From IMG/VR virus record IMGVR_UViG_3300033069_002007, positions 1-64,000 of that record: DNA of 64,000 nt. One strand, written 5' to 3'. Each line of letters begins with the position of its first letter. The first letter of the stretch is position 1. A program made the position numbers and the translations under genes. The notes beneath the pieces are model-generated. The model was not told the DNA's origin. It did no database searches and saw only the letters and a program-made list of their open reading frames with translations. This document shows positions 26,450 to 35,468 of this stretch, piece by piece. This DNA is from a virus (Duplodnaviria > Caudoviricetes).

Positions 26450-28171
26450 ATGTCGAATAAAGAAAAAAATCCTAATTCTTTTCAACTTCCTAAACAATTA
26501 CAAACCAAATTCGATGAATTTTCTACTAAAAAACATTTAACACAAACAGATAAACAGAGAAGATTAAAAGTTGTAGAAGAATGTATTGATGAGGCCATTA
26601 AGTATTTTATAAAAAATAAAATATATCCTTCTAGGGCCTTGTTAAGAAATGTTCTAGGTAAAGGTAGTATAACTTATCTAGAAGGAGCAGGGATAAAATA
26701 CTCACAGTATGTAAGTAACAATTTTTCAAAAGAAATAGAAAGTTTAGTTGAGAAAGGCCATATATCAAAATTAGGTGGAAACTCAGCGGCAGGGAACTTA
26801 GCTCTGGGAATGAAGAGGAGGGATGACATTGAAAAATCATCTCATAATACCCAAGAAGAAAAAACATTCTTTGTTTCAGCTATTGTTCCTGGTTTCACTA
26901 TAGATGCTAACTTCTTTAAATCGGTTGAGAATTTCTGTAAGATAAAAAATGCAACCCTCATTCTTCTACCTATGAAAGGTTTAGGTCCAGATGCAGTTTG
27001 GTTTAAAGGCGATTGGGAAAAAATTCAAGAATATGTTTACACCACTTATCAATTCAACTCTTCACTAAAGGCATTTGATATTCTTCTAAATGCAAACCAA
27101 ATCAATCCTTTAACTGGTCTAGATAGATTTGGTCAAAAAGATTTCTCATTGATAGTTGCTAGTCCTAAACAACAGATGAAGTCAGTTGCTGTTTCAGTTA
27201 ATAAACCACCTCACATATTATTGACAACTGGGACGATTTGTAAAAATGAAGATTATACAAACAATCGAATTGGAATGTTAGCTCTTCAGGATCATATCCT
27301 TGGAGGATTAATTGTTGAAGTTAAAGGTAAAACCTTTCATGTTAGACAAGTTCAAGCTGATCAAGATGGTTCTTTCGTTGATATAGGAACAGTTTATAGT
27401 TCAAATAAAACTAAAAAAGTTATCCCTAAGTTGTATCTAGGTGATAGCCATGCTGGTTGGCAAGATGAAAAGGCATTGGAGTCAACATTTGAACAGATTG
27501 AACATCATGGTTGTGAAGAAATATTTATTGGAGACTTATTTGATGGAACAAGTATATCTCATCATCACATAAAAAACATAAAAGCTCAATTAGATAGACC
27601 TCATCATCTTAACACTTTAGAAAAAGAACTCAATACTGTAGCAAGCTATCTGAAACGATTTAGAGACAAATTTCCGGATTTAAAAATAAATATCGTTCGT
27701 TCAAATCATGATGAGCACTTAGACAAATACCTGAACGATGGTCGATATGTAGATGATAGATGGAATCACAGATTGGCTCTAGACCTCGCTATTGATCTCC
27801 TAGAAGGTAGAAACCCTATTGAATGTTGGGTCGTAAAAAATTATCCTGAATTGAAACATAATATAACTTGGTTAAAACGAACTGACTCATACAAAGTTAA
27901 ACATATTGAATTAGCAGCACATGGTGATAAAGGTTCAAATGGATCCTTTGGAACCGCTTTAAATCTAGAGAATTCCTATGGTGCCTGTGTAGTCGGACAT
28001 CAACATACTCCTCAAATTCTCAGAGGTGTTTATGTAGTAGGAACATTGACTAAGTTACAACTTCCTTACACTGAAGGTAGCCCGTCTAGTTGGCTTCATG
28101 CAAATTGTAGTATCTATGATTCTGGTCAGAGACAAATGTTAATAATAGTAAACGGTGAATGGAAAATATGA
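26450..28171 (+). CDS. calcineurin-like metallophosphoesterase with N-terminal extension
   Basis: GDSH, GDLFDG, SNHD, HGD, GHQH motifs. Confidence 0.7.
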   Translation: MSNKEKNPNSFQLPKQLQTKFDEFSTKKHLTQTDKQRRLKVVEECIDEAIKYFIKNKIYPSRALLRNVLGKGSITYLEGAGIKYSQYVSNNFSKEIESLVEKGHISKLGGNSAAGNLALGMKRRDDIEKSSHNTQEEKTFFVSAIVPGFTIDANFFKSVENFCKIKNATLILLPMKGLGPDAVWFKGDWEKIQEYVYTTYQFNSSLKAFDILLNANQINPLTGLDRFGQKDFSLIVASPKQQMKSVAVSVNKPPHILLTTGTICKNEDYTNNRIGMLALQDHILGGLIVEVKGKTFHVRQVQADQDGSFVDIGTVYSSNKTKKVIPKLYLGDSHAGWQDEKALESTFEQIEHHGCEEIFIGDLFDGTSISHHHIKNIKAQLDRPHHLNTLEKELNTVASYLKRFRDKFPDLKINIVRSNHDEHLDKYLNDGRYVDDRWNHRLALDLAIDLLEGRNPIECWVVKNYPELKHNITWLKRTDSYKVKHIELAAHGDKGSNGSFGTALNLENSYGACVVGHQHTPQILRGVYVVGTLTKLQLPYTEGSPSSWLHANCSIYDSGQRQMLIIVNGEWKI

Positions 28172-28689
28172 AAGAGAAAGATAAATTCAACGAAATTAGG
28201 GAAGTGTTTCTTATTGGAGACATAGAACAAAAAACCTATGAGATAATGGAAGACCTCATTAAGGATAGAAAGAACTATAGCACTATTAAATTGTACATAA
28301 ATAGTTTTGGTGGTGACACATGGATCGGATATTCAATTATCAACACTCTAAGGATGTTGAAAAAGAAAATCATAACTGTTAATTGTGGAAACTGCTATTC
28401 AATGGCTTACAATATTTACATACTTGGAGACGAGAGATTAGCGTTTAAAGACTCAATGTTTATGATTCATGATGGGTCACAACAATTAAATGGCAGCACT
28501 CAAACAGTAAGACGAGTCATGGAGTTAGATAATTGGATATGCCAGAAGTTGAATAAAGACATTATCAATTTAACTAAGTTCAATGAGAAGAAGTTAAAAA
28601 TAATTCTAGACAAGAATGAGGACTACTACTTCTTTGCAAAAGAAGGTATCCTCAATGGAACTTGTCATAAGATTATATCTAGTATTTAG
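28168..28689 (+). CDS. clpP: ClpP-like serine protease subunit
   Basis: LYINSFGG, CYSMA (Ser), FMIHD (His), EDYYF (Asp); start at 28168 by ATGA overlap. Confidence 0.8.
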   Translation: MKEKDKFNEIREVFLIGDIEQKTYEIMEDLIKDRKNYSTIKLYINSFGGDTWIGYSIINTLRMLKKKIITVNCGNCYSMAYNIYILGDERLAFKDSMFMIHDGSQQLNGSTQTVRRVMELDNWICQKLNKDIINLTKFNEKKLKIILDKNEDYYFFAKEGILNGTCHKIISSI

Positions 28690-28694
28690 AAAGT

Positions 28695-28997
28695 TTAGTA
28701 TGATATTTTAAATTGGTTTCCTGGTAAAATATCTATTGTTTGAAAATGTTCATTATATGAGGTATTGAATCTTTCTAAGTTATCTTTCAACTCATCAATA
28801 GTGATCCCACTAACAATAAATAACTGTTTATTCATAACTTTAACTTTCTTAAAAAATTTATTCAAAGCTCGTTTCAAAGCATCTGAATTTTTCCATTTAT
28901 AGTTTTTAGGATCAGATAACCCAGCTCGTTTTTCTGTTTCCCTATCAACTGAATAATATTCAGACTCTGAATAAATTGATTTGTATCTTTCCATCAT
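28695..28997 (-). CDS. putative internal head protein (YKS tag)
   Basis: N-terminus MMERYKSIYSESE; TACTAATTA directly upstream. Confidence 0.55.
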   Translation of the reverse strand: MMERYKSIYSESEYYSVDRETEKRAGLSDPKNYKWKNSDALKRALNKFFKKVKVMNKQLFIVSGITIDELKDNLERFNTSYNEHFQTIDILPGNQFKISY

Positions 28998-29001
28998 AAT
29001 C

Positions 29002-29010
29002 TAATTAGTA
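29002..29010 (-). promoter_or_regulatory. putative late promoter TACTAATTA
   Basis: 4 nt before ATG of a YKS-tagged gene inside an otherwise early cluster. Confidence 0.55.
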
Positions 29011-29011
29011 T

Positions 29012-29266
29012 TTATCCATTTAAACGTTGATATCTTTTTCTATATTCCTCCCAAATAAGAATTGGATTATGTTTAATACTAGTTTTAATTCTACCCAATT
29101 TATCCTTTTCTGAGAAGTCTCTGTACTGTAAGTATAGTTTGAAGGAAATAGTTTTCAACTTAAGTTTTTTCCTTTCTCCATTATGGCATGCCCAAGCATT
29201 TCTTAACGGATTCTCTTTAAAATACTTTTTAAGTTTCTCTCGTCTTTCTTCAAGTGTAGCTGCCAT
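29012..29266 (-). CDS. hypothetical protein
   Basis: ORF with GAGGAG SD. Confidence 0.55.
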   Translation of the reverse strand: MAATLEERREKLKKYFKENPLRNAWACHNGERKKLKLKTISFKLYLQYRDFSEKDKLGRIKTSIKHNPILIWEEYRKRYQRLNG

Positions 29267-29267
29267 A

Positions 29268-29603
29268 TCACTCTCCTCTTAAAATGTCTAATGCTAGATT
29301 TACTCGTTTCAACTGATTCTTGTGTTGTTCAACTCTCTTGGACTTCAGTGGATCGATAATACTTGACATCAATTCCTTCTGTCTTTCTTCTAATTTTTCA
29401 ATCGTTCCGTACTTATGCAACCACATAAGAGGAAATCTTTTATCAGGTTTGTTCCAATCTGGTTTGAAGCTACCATCTTTTTTCTTCTCTCCATCTTTTC
29501 TTGATTTCCAAAACTCATCGACTGTCATAAAAGGTTTACCTGCTTTTTGACATCTCCAACGATAGGAGAAATACGCGTCGTTTTTTGATCTTAATTTAAC
29601 CAT
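29268..29603 (-). CDS. hypothetical protein
   Basis: coupled ORF. Confidence 0.55.
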   Translation of the reverse strand: MVKLRSKNDAYFSYRWRCQKAGKPFMTVDEFWKSRKDGEKKKDGSFKPDWNKPDKRFPLMWLHKYGTIEKLEERQKELMSSIIDPLKSKRVEQHKNQLKRVNLALDILRGE

Positions 29604-30055
29604 TGTGGAACCTCTCTAAACTTCCAACTATGAAGATGTGACTTACCTAACTTATAATAATTTCTGTAACTCTGAAGTGAATCACCAGGAATCTTATATT
29701 CGTCAGGCATAGCTGGTGTTGGTTGAGTCCAACCTAAACTTGGTAGATCAGGCACATTATCTTTAGCCCACTCGATAACATAACTAGACTTATGCTTCCT
29801 ACCATATCTATACTCATATTCTTTAGCAACTTCTAAACCTAAACAACATAACCATAAATAATTTTCTCTCGACTGTCTTACCCAAACAGCTGAAGGATGA
29901 TTTACGTGAGTTTTCTTATACCATCCTTCTGATCCTGTCACCCAATGAGTTGTAGAAAGTAATTGTGCGTATTCTAAAAGCATTTTTACAACATGACGAT
30001 CTACATGATATCTTGCTGACTTTTGTAAATCATTGTCCAAATAAAATATGTTCAT
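29591..30055 (-). CDS. pyrimidine-dimer DNA glycosylase (DenV/Pyr_excise-like)
   Basis: MNIFYLD...HVDRHVVKMLLEYAQLLST...THVNHPSAVW. Confidence 0.75.
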   Translation of the reverse strand: MNIFYLDNDLQKSARYHVDRHVVKMLLEYAQLLSTTHWVTGSEGWYKKTHVNHPSAVWVRQSRENYLWLCCLGLEVAKEYEYRYGRKHKSSYVIEWAKDNVPDLPSLGWTQPTPAMPDEYKIPGDSLQSYRNYYKLGKSHLHSWKFREVPQWLN

Positions 30056-30084
30056 TGTAACTCCTACTTAAATAATAAATGAGT

Positions 30085-30636
30085 TTAACCCATTCGTTTA
30101 AACAATTCTCTGGTCATACGAACATCATTCATTGCTTCATGAATGTCTCCAGTTTGTTTTATACCCAAATATTTACAAACTGTTGCTTGTTTGAAGTTTT
30201 CCATATTTGGTCTATCCATCATGAGTTTAAAAGCTGACAAATCCATAACATCAATAGCCGGGCTCCAGAACCAGGAACCAAAATATTTGTCGTCGTTTAG
30301 GAGAAACCATTCTCTCAGGAATTTTTCATCGAATCCAATATTGTAACCTATTAGGAAAGCTTTATCTCTCGGATTATATGGATCAATTACTGACCCTAGA
30401 AATTCTTTGAAAATTTTAAATTGATCAGTGTGATGAGGTAAACTCATCAAGTCATCTATTTTTAGACCAACTAAATCAAGTGATTCCTGATTGAATTCCC
30501 TATTATCCCAAGGTCTAAGTTTAATTTCAAACTCAAGAGTTTTGTTAAAGTCTTCATATATCAATCCTAGTTGATATAATGAGTTTTTCTTCTCATCGAA
30601 TCCTGTTGTTTCTGTATCCAGAAATATCAATTTCAT
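30085..30636 (-). CDS. DEDDh 3'-5' exonuclease (DnaQ-like)
   Basis: FLDTETTG, GYNIGFD, HEAMND. Confidence 0.9.
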   Translation of the reverse strand: MKLIFLDTETTGFDEKKNSLYQLGLIYEDFNKTLEFEIKLRPWDNREFNQESLDLVGLKIDDLMSLPHHTDQFKIFKEFLGSVIDPYNPRDKAFLIGYNIGFDEKFLREWFLLNDDKYFGSWFWSPAIDVMDLSAFKLMMDRPNMENFKQATVCKYLGIKQTGDIHEAMNDVRMTRELFKRMG

Positions 30637-30752
30637 TTTTTGTTTTTCTCCATCCAAGAATTAGACATATACATTTCAGATGTATTGTCTTTTGATTTAT
30701 GCCATAATTTTATGGCTATGAAAGTTACCGTCAGTAATCCCAGTGCTAACAT
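30633..30752 (-). CDS. small single-TM peptide (not in ORF track)
   Basis: MLALGLLTVTFIAIKLWHK...; GGAG SD; stop overlaps exonuclease ATG. Confidence 0.4.
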   Translation of the reverse strand: MLALGLLTVTFIAIKLWHKSKDNTSEMYMSNSWMEKNKK

Positions 30753-30912
30753 TTTGTGTCTCTCCTTTTTTAACCTGATGCCCTATTATTGCTTTTCTCT
30801 CAACGTCAGTGAGTTTTTTATTCCAACATTCGTATATCCAATGACCAATCATTATATCAGGCCTTGCTTTGTAACACTTACTAAGGATAAAATATTCTCT
30901 TACTGCGTTCAT
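30697..30912 (-). CDS. hypothetical protein
   Basis: ORF with AGGTG SD; 3' end uncertain (overlaps the next small ORF). Confidence 0.45.
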   Translation of the reverse strand: MNAVREYFILSKCYKARPDIMIGHWIYECWNKKLTDVERKAIIGHQVKKGETQNVSTGITDGNFHSHKIMA

Positions 30913-30918
30913 TTCGGT

Positions 30919-31041
30919 TCACCTTCCAAATAATAAATACAAGTCACGAATAAACGAGTCGGGTAGGATAGTTGGTTCGATATATATACCGTAAAGAACT
31001 CCCAAACCAAACATCGTCATTAAAAATAAAAACGATTTCAT
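30919..31041 (-). CDS. small hydrophobic peptide (not in ORF track)
   Basis: MKSFLFLMTMFGLGVLYGIYIEPTILPDSFIRDLYLLFGR; fills gap. Confidence 0.4.
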   Translation of the reverse strand: MKSFLFLMTMFGLGVLYGIYIEPTILPDSFIRDLYLLFGR

Positions 31042-31047
31042 AAAATT

Positions 31048-31371
31048 TTACGCCTCCATTATAGTAATATTTTGTCTCTTATCTGAACCTGGACTATCAT
31101 ATGTGAACTGAAAAGCTTCAACTGAATCCATTATATCCTCTTGTAGGTTGTAAAGATTTGAAATTTTCAAATCTGCAACTAGAGTAAAATCATCTGGACT
31201 CAAATTAATTGATTTCCCACTGACAGTTTTTTTCTTCCAGAGTTTAAGTCGTCCTTCAGAGTCAGTAAAGTAGTCAAAAACTTTATTTGTTCCATCTTCA
31301 AAACAGATGGTCCACATGTAATGTTTTCTCAACAACTGTTTGATTCTAGTTTTTGTCGATACTTCTTTCAT
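31048..31371 (-). CDS. hypothetical protein
   Basis: ORF with AGGAG SD. Confidence 0.6.
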   Translation of the reverse strand: MKEVSTKTRIKQLLRKHYMWTICFEDGTNKVFDYFTDSEGRLKLWKKKTVSGKSINLSPDDFTLVADLKISNLYNLQEDIMDSVEAFQFTYDSPGSDKRQNITIMEA

Positions 31372-31379
31372 ATACTCTC

Positions 31380-31517
31380 CTAGTTGTTTCTGTAATTTTT
31401 TGCCAAACCAACAATTAGTTCGGTTTCTCTACGGGAAGCATCTCTACCAATCAAGTAAGATACAATCTCCCATTGAATTATTTGTAACATTTGTTTGTCA
31501 GAATTTCTTTCTCTCAT
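31380..31517 (-). CDS. small 45-aa protein (not in ORF track)
   Basis: TAGGAGTT SD; MRERNSDKQMLQIIQWEIVSYL... Confidence 0.5.
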   Translation of the reverse strand: MRERNSDKQMLQIIQWEIVSYLIGRDASRRETELIVGLAKNYRNN

Positions 31518-31531
31518 TTCTAACTCCTATT

Positions 31532-31821
31532 TTAATTTGCGAATCTTGGTAAAAAACGATCATTCAGTGTTCCCGTTGAATCTCTGTTAATATTATCACG
31601 GATTCCAAAAATATCATGACAGAAATCAAAATCTGAAGAATTTAATAATTCTTCTAGTTTTAAACCAGAATTATAGTAAACGCTAGAAATATCCATTACT
31701 AAAATTCGTCTAGGGTAAACTGTTTCAGGGTCTTTGTCCAAGTTGCAAATAATTCGTTCTACCCTATCTGCTATTTTTTAATCAAGTTGTCTATATCTTT
31801 TTCCACAAATGTAGTATTCAT
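31532..31821 (-). pseudogene. DUF6874-like gene interrupted by a frameshift in an A6 run
   Basis: SD and ATG at 31821 give MNTTFVEKDIDNLIKK then TAG; the -1 frame continues IADRVERI...DFDFCHDIFGIRDNINR...FLPRFA. Confidence 0.55.
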
Positions 31822-31893
31822 ATTTTTAACTCCTACTGATTCAAAGAATCATTCCAACTAGCTATCTCTAACTAGTTGAAGGATTTCTTGAGT

Positions 31894-32343
31894 CTAACCT
31901 TTGACTTTAGCTTCTACGAGTTCAGCCTTCGTCATCTTGCTAACTGAAACAATCATTTTATCAGAAGGAGTAACAGTTTTGCTAGCCTCTACAATCTTGT
32001 ATTCCTCGTCAGTCAAGACCTTTTTAGCTTTACCATCAACTACAGTTACAATCTCAACAAACTTGTAAAGTGGTAAAGACATTCCGATTTTAACTGCATC
32101 ATATTCAGTCTTAGCATTTCCAGGAATGATTTCGAATTTCATTTCCTTTTCAACTAACCATTTAGATGCAATATTTCTTACAAGAGCTTCTGCTTCAAAA
32201 AGGTCATAAGCTTCTTTTAATTCAGCTTGGAGTTTCTTGATAGAAACTAGACCATCTCTGATCTCATCAGCTTTTACATTTTTGATATCTTGAGCCAATG
32301 CTACTAGACTCATTGTTTCTTTTACTTGTGTTTGATTTAACAT
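31894..32343 (-). CDS. hypothetical protein
   Basis: ORF with GAGG SD. Confidence 0.65.
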   Translation of the reverse strand: MLNQTQVKETMSLVALAQDIKNVKADEIRDGLVSIKKLQAELKEAYDLFEAEALVRNIASKWLVEKEMKFEIIPGNAKTEYDAVKIGMSLPLYKFVEIVTVVDGKAKKVLTDEEYKIVEASKTVTPSDKMIVSVSKMTKAELVEAKVKG

Positions 32344-32385
32344 TTGTTATCCTCTACTTTAATAATAAATAAATTTTTCAAAAGT

Positions 32386-33330
32386 TTAACTTCTAGGTAA
32401 ATATTTTGAATCGTAACTGATTTTATTTTGTCCTAGAATTGTTGAACACATAATCAGATCCTGAGTATGAGCATCCAAAACTGAGTCAAAATGCTTCTCT
32501 CTATATCCTCCAAAAAGAGTCAAGATTAGAGGAAAAGGTTTACCTAACTTGTCAGTTACTGATTGTATCATAGAATAAACCATTCGTTTAGCTTCTAACC
32601 ACTCTTCTAGACTTAACTGACTTCCCATATCATCATCCTTCAGAGAATCTGCTCCCGAACAGACAACAACATAATCGATCTTTTTATCGAGAATTGCAAC
32701 CCTTAACTTATACAATTCATTGAATAGATTTGCTAAATATCTTTTTCCAGTATGTTTAGGATTGATATTGAATCCTATTGGTACTGCTCGATTTAAATCC
32801 TTACAGAAATCTCTAGAATCTTCTATTGAATTTCCAAAATGACCATCAAGATCAACATATGACCCTGATAAACCAAACTTCTTGAGTATTTTCAGAGAAG
32901 AAATAACTTGACCTGAAAATGTACAATAACCACTCCCCTCATTTGGTTGAGCATGGTGAAAACCAGATGTTGGACTAAAGGTTATTACTTCAGGTCTCAG
33001 AATAGCTTGTCTAATCGCATTATACAGAGAAGCATTTGTATACTTAACTGTTTCTGCAAATTCAGGACTCCAATCTAAACCATTAGTAGAACATTCTGGT
33101 TCTATACCTCGAAAGAAATTCGTGACATATTCTTGAGTATGAGCGATTAAAAAATCACTTTCCTCAAACGGCCCCCAATCTCGATCGAATGTAAAATATT
33201 GTAACAAATCATTCTGTTGTAACCAATCGAGTAATAACTTCGGTTTAAGCGGTGATTTTGAGTAACCATTATCACTACTTAAACTCTGTTCATCTCGGTA
33301 AACAATACTTATCTTGTTGTCGTACATCAA
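32386..33330 (-). CDS. Zn-dependent histone-deacetylase-family amidohydrolase
   Basis: GFHHA, GYCTF, VDLDGHFGN, GADSLKDD, GGY. Confidence 0.9.
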   Translation of the reverse strand: MMYDNKISIVYRDEQSLSSDNGYSKSPLKPKLLLDWLQQNDLLQYFTFDRDWGPFEESDFLIAHTQEYVTNFFRGIEPECSTNGLDWSPEFAETVKYTNASLYNAIRQAILRPEVITFSPTSGFHHAQPNEGSGYCTFSGQVISSLKILKKFGLSGSYVDLDGHFGNSIEDSRDFCKDLNRAVPIGFNINPKHTGKRYLANLFNELYKLRVAILDKKIDYVVVCSGADSLKDDDMGSQLSLEEWLEAKRMVYSMIQSVTDKLGKPFPLILTLFGGYREKHFDSVLDAHTQDLIMCSTILGQNKISYDSKYLPRS

Positions 33331-33590
33331 GCCTTAACTAGTTCAACATGAGTTCTGTCGTAACAACTTGCTTCTTTTTCTTCATAGGATTTTTGAAGAT
33401 TAGAGACGAAAGACCTGATCGTCTTAGGTTGTCTGTTAATTTTCCTGTTCCAAGAGTTTCCGACTTCAAGAGTATAACCGAAGTAGTCAATTAATTCAGA
33501 AAGGGTTTTGTTTTCAACTAGTGACTCTCTATTGCCACCGCTCATTCTGTGTTTCACCGTTTTGATAGAGTATCTTTTTTCTGTCTTCAT
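33327..33590 (-). CDS. hypothetical protein
   Basis: coupled ORF. Confidence 0.6.
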   Translation of the reverse strand: MKTEKRYSIKTVKHRMSGGNRESLVENKTLSELIDYFGYTLEVGNSWNRKINRQPKTIRSFVSNLQKSYEEKEASCYDRTHVELVKA

Positions 33591-33600
33591 TTTTTATCTC

Positions 33601-33825
33601 CTAAATTAAATTGTATTCTTTGATTGCTAAGTCAATATTGGTAAACTTTTCTTCTACGAGTTTTGTTTTCACGATGAAATAGTTGTTTAAGAAATCATAC
33701 TGTAACTCTTTCCAAGCTTGACTACCATCATTTCTTTTACCATATTCACCACAGATAACTACTGGTTTTGGTGCGAGTTCCATTTGAGCCTTTATGACTC
33801 GTTCTTTTGAAATCGTATGCTTCAT
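33601..33825 (-). CDS. hypothetical protein
   Basis: TAGGAGTT SD; first gene after a sigma70-type promoter. Confidence 0.6.
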   Translation of the reverse strand: MKHTISKERVIKAQMELAPKPVVICGEYGKRNDGSQAWKELQYDFLNNYFIVKTKLVEEKFTNIDLAIKEYNLI

Positions 33826-33845
33826 TTCTAACTCCTACTCTGATC

Positions 33846-33868
33846 TCTGAGAGATTCAATCTCTCAGA
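33846..33868. repeat. 11-bp perfect inverted repeat in the early leader
   Basis: TCTGAGAGATT-C-AATCTCTCAGA between promoter and SD. Confidence 0.7.
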
Positions 33869-33881
33869 ATCTTATATACTT

Positions 33882-33910
33882 ATTATAGAGCAAGTTTGGA
33901 TTAAAATCAA
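33882..33910 (-). promoter_or_regulatory. sigma70-type early promoter
   Basis: TTGATT-17 bp-TATAAT on the minus strand, intergenic. Confidence 0.75.
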
Positions 33911-33938
33911 GCACTTTTTATTTAGAATTCCCGATTTT

Positions 33939-34862
33939 TTACGAAACTAGCGAAAAAAGTTCGGAAATTTTGGATTTTACTGGAGTCCTGATCTCTAAAT
34001 CTTTCTGAAAATCATCAAAATTTGATTCCAGAGAGAAGTTCATAAACTCTTTTTGTTCATTGTAAGTTACAACAGCAGTCTCACCTTTCAGTTTAACTCC
34101 TTGTAATCTTATATGAAGTCCTTTATACTTTTTTAGAACTGCTGAAACTGATGGAGCATCAATGATGTTTAGAATTGAATCCTTAGAAGTTGGGTTGTCA
34201 CCAAAAGTTACTGTTTCAAATGTTACAAAATCAGAAGTATTAACAAATGAATGTTTTCCATTTTCTATCAGTACCAATCTTTTTTGCCAATCTTGTTCTC
34301 CATGTCTAGTTGTATTAGGAACTCCGACTAAATGATGTTGACCAAAATCTTGAGGATCATGTATATGACCATAGAACCAATTCTTAGCTCTTATATTACT
34401 CAAGTTGACTTCATCTATTGAACCTCTATTTGTTCCAGGATAGGCGACATGAGATACTACATAATCAACTTCATTTGTAAGTGTTTCATATTCTTCTTTC
34501 ATCTTTTTAACATTGTACAAATAAGGAAGTAGTAAAAATTTAACTCCTTCGAGTTCTACTTCGGTAGGTTTTCTATAAATAGATAAGTTAGGAATTCTAT
34601 TCAGAGGAGCAAGAGGATTACCAGTTCTAGACGATAACTCATGATTACCTGTTACGATATGAACATCTGGAAATCGTAGAATATAATCTAATGCTTCATC
34701 TATTTCGTCTTCACTATGAGGATTTGACTTATCAAAAAAGTCTCCAGTAAATATTACAGTAGCAGTAGGATAGGTCAGATACAACCAATCGAAGTATTCA
34801 CTAATCTTTTTACGATATGGTTGTTTAGATTTCCAATGAACATCCCCTATAATTAAAATCAT
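33939..34862 (-). CDS. SbcD/Mre11 (gp47-like) nuclease subunit
   Basis: GDVH, TGDFFD, GNHE, VSH, GHIH. Confidence 0.8.
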   Translation of the reverse strand: MILIIGDVHWKSKQPYRKKISEYFDWLYLTYPTATVIFTGDFFDKSNPHSEDEIDEALDYILRFPDVHIVTGNHELSSRTGNPLAPLNRIPNLSIYRKPTEVELEGVKFLLLPYLYNVKKMKEEYETLTNEVDYVVSHVAYPGTNRGSIDEVNLSNIRAKNWFYGHIHDPQDFGQHHLVGVPNTTRHGEQDWQKRLVLIENGKHSFVNTSDFVTFETVTFGDNPTSKDSILNIIDAPSVSAVLKKYKGLHIRLQGVKLKGETAVVTYNEQKEFMNFSLESNFDDFQKDLEIRTPVKSKISELFSLVS

Positions 34863-35047
34863 GTTTCTACCTCAACATAGTAATTTTTATCTTCGTCAAA
34901 AATAAGAACTTTAACCGTAGTGCATGAAAAACCTACTTCCTTATCTACTTCCTCTTGTTCCTCTTTAGTAGGGACATGATCAAACAACTTAACTATTGTT
35001 CCACTAGTACAATTTGAACATTTATCAACTATAACCATATACTTCAT
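34859..35047 (-). CDS. hypothetical protein
   Basis: coupled ORF. Confidence 0.5.
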   Translation of the reverse strand: MKYMVIVDKCSNCTSGTIVKLFDHVPTKEEQEEVDKEVGFSCTTVKVLIFDEDKNYYVEVET

Positions 35048-35238
35048 TTTACTTTCTCCGTAGTTAAGCGAAGGTCTCTTTGAACCTTATTATATATTTC
35101 TCCTTTTAGTTTGGTAATATCATCGGCATCTAAATCAGATACATCTAACTTACCACCAGTTTTAACACTGAGATAAACTAAATCTTCAAACCTACCAATA
35201 TAATTTTTATATTTTAGTTGTAATTCTATAGACCCCAC
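35044..35238 (-). CDS. hypothetical protein
   Basis: coupled ORF. Confidence 0.5.
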   Translation of the reverse strand: MGSIELQLKYKNYIGRFEDLVYLSVKTGGKLDVSDLDADDITKLKGEIYNKVQRDLRLTTEKVK

Positions 35239-35468
35239 TCATCGGTAAACTGCTCTGAATTGTAAGCGGGTGAAAACTTAGATTTACTAGTCTTTACGTA
35301 AATAAAAGATATTTCAAAAGAATCATCATCTTTAAGTTTAGTAACTTTTGGTAACTTACTTTCCTTATCTTTAGGATTATACTGATACATAAAGTATTTT
35401 TGCAATTGTTTCTGAAAATAATCTCTATTAAAAATAGGATTCACTGCTTCTTTTATTTCATTCTTCAT
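35226..35468 (-). CDS. hypothetical protein
   Basis: coupled ORF. Confidence 0.5.
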   Translation of the reverse strand: MKNEIKEAVNPIFNRDYFQKQLQKYFMYQYNPKDKESKLPKVTKLKDDDSFEISFIYVKTSKSKFSPAYNSEQFTDEWGL

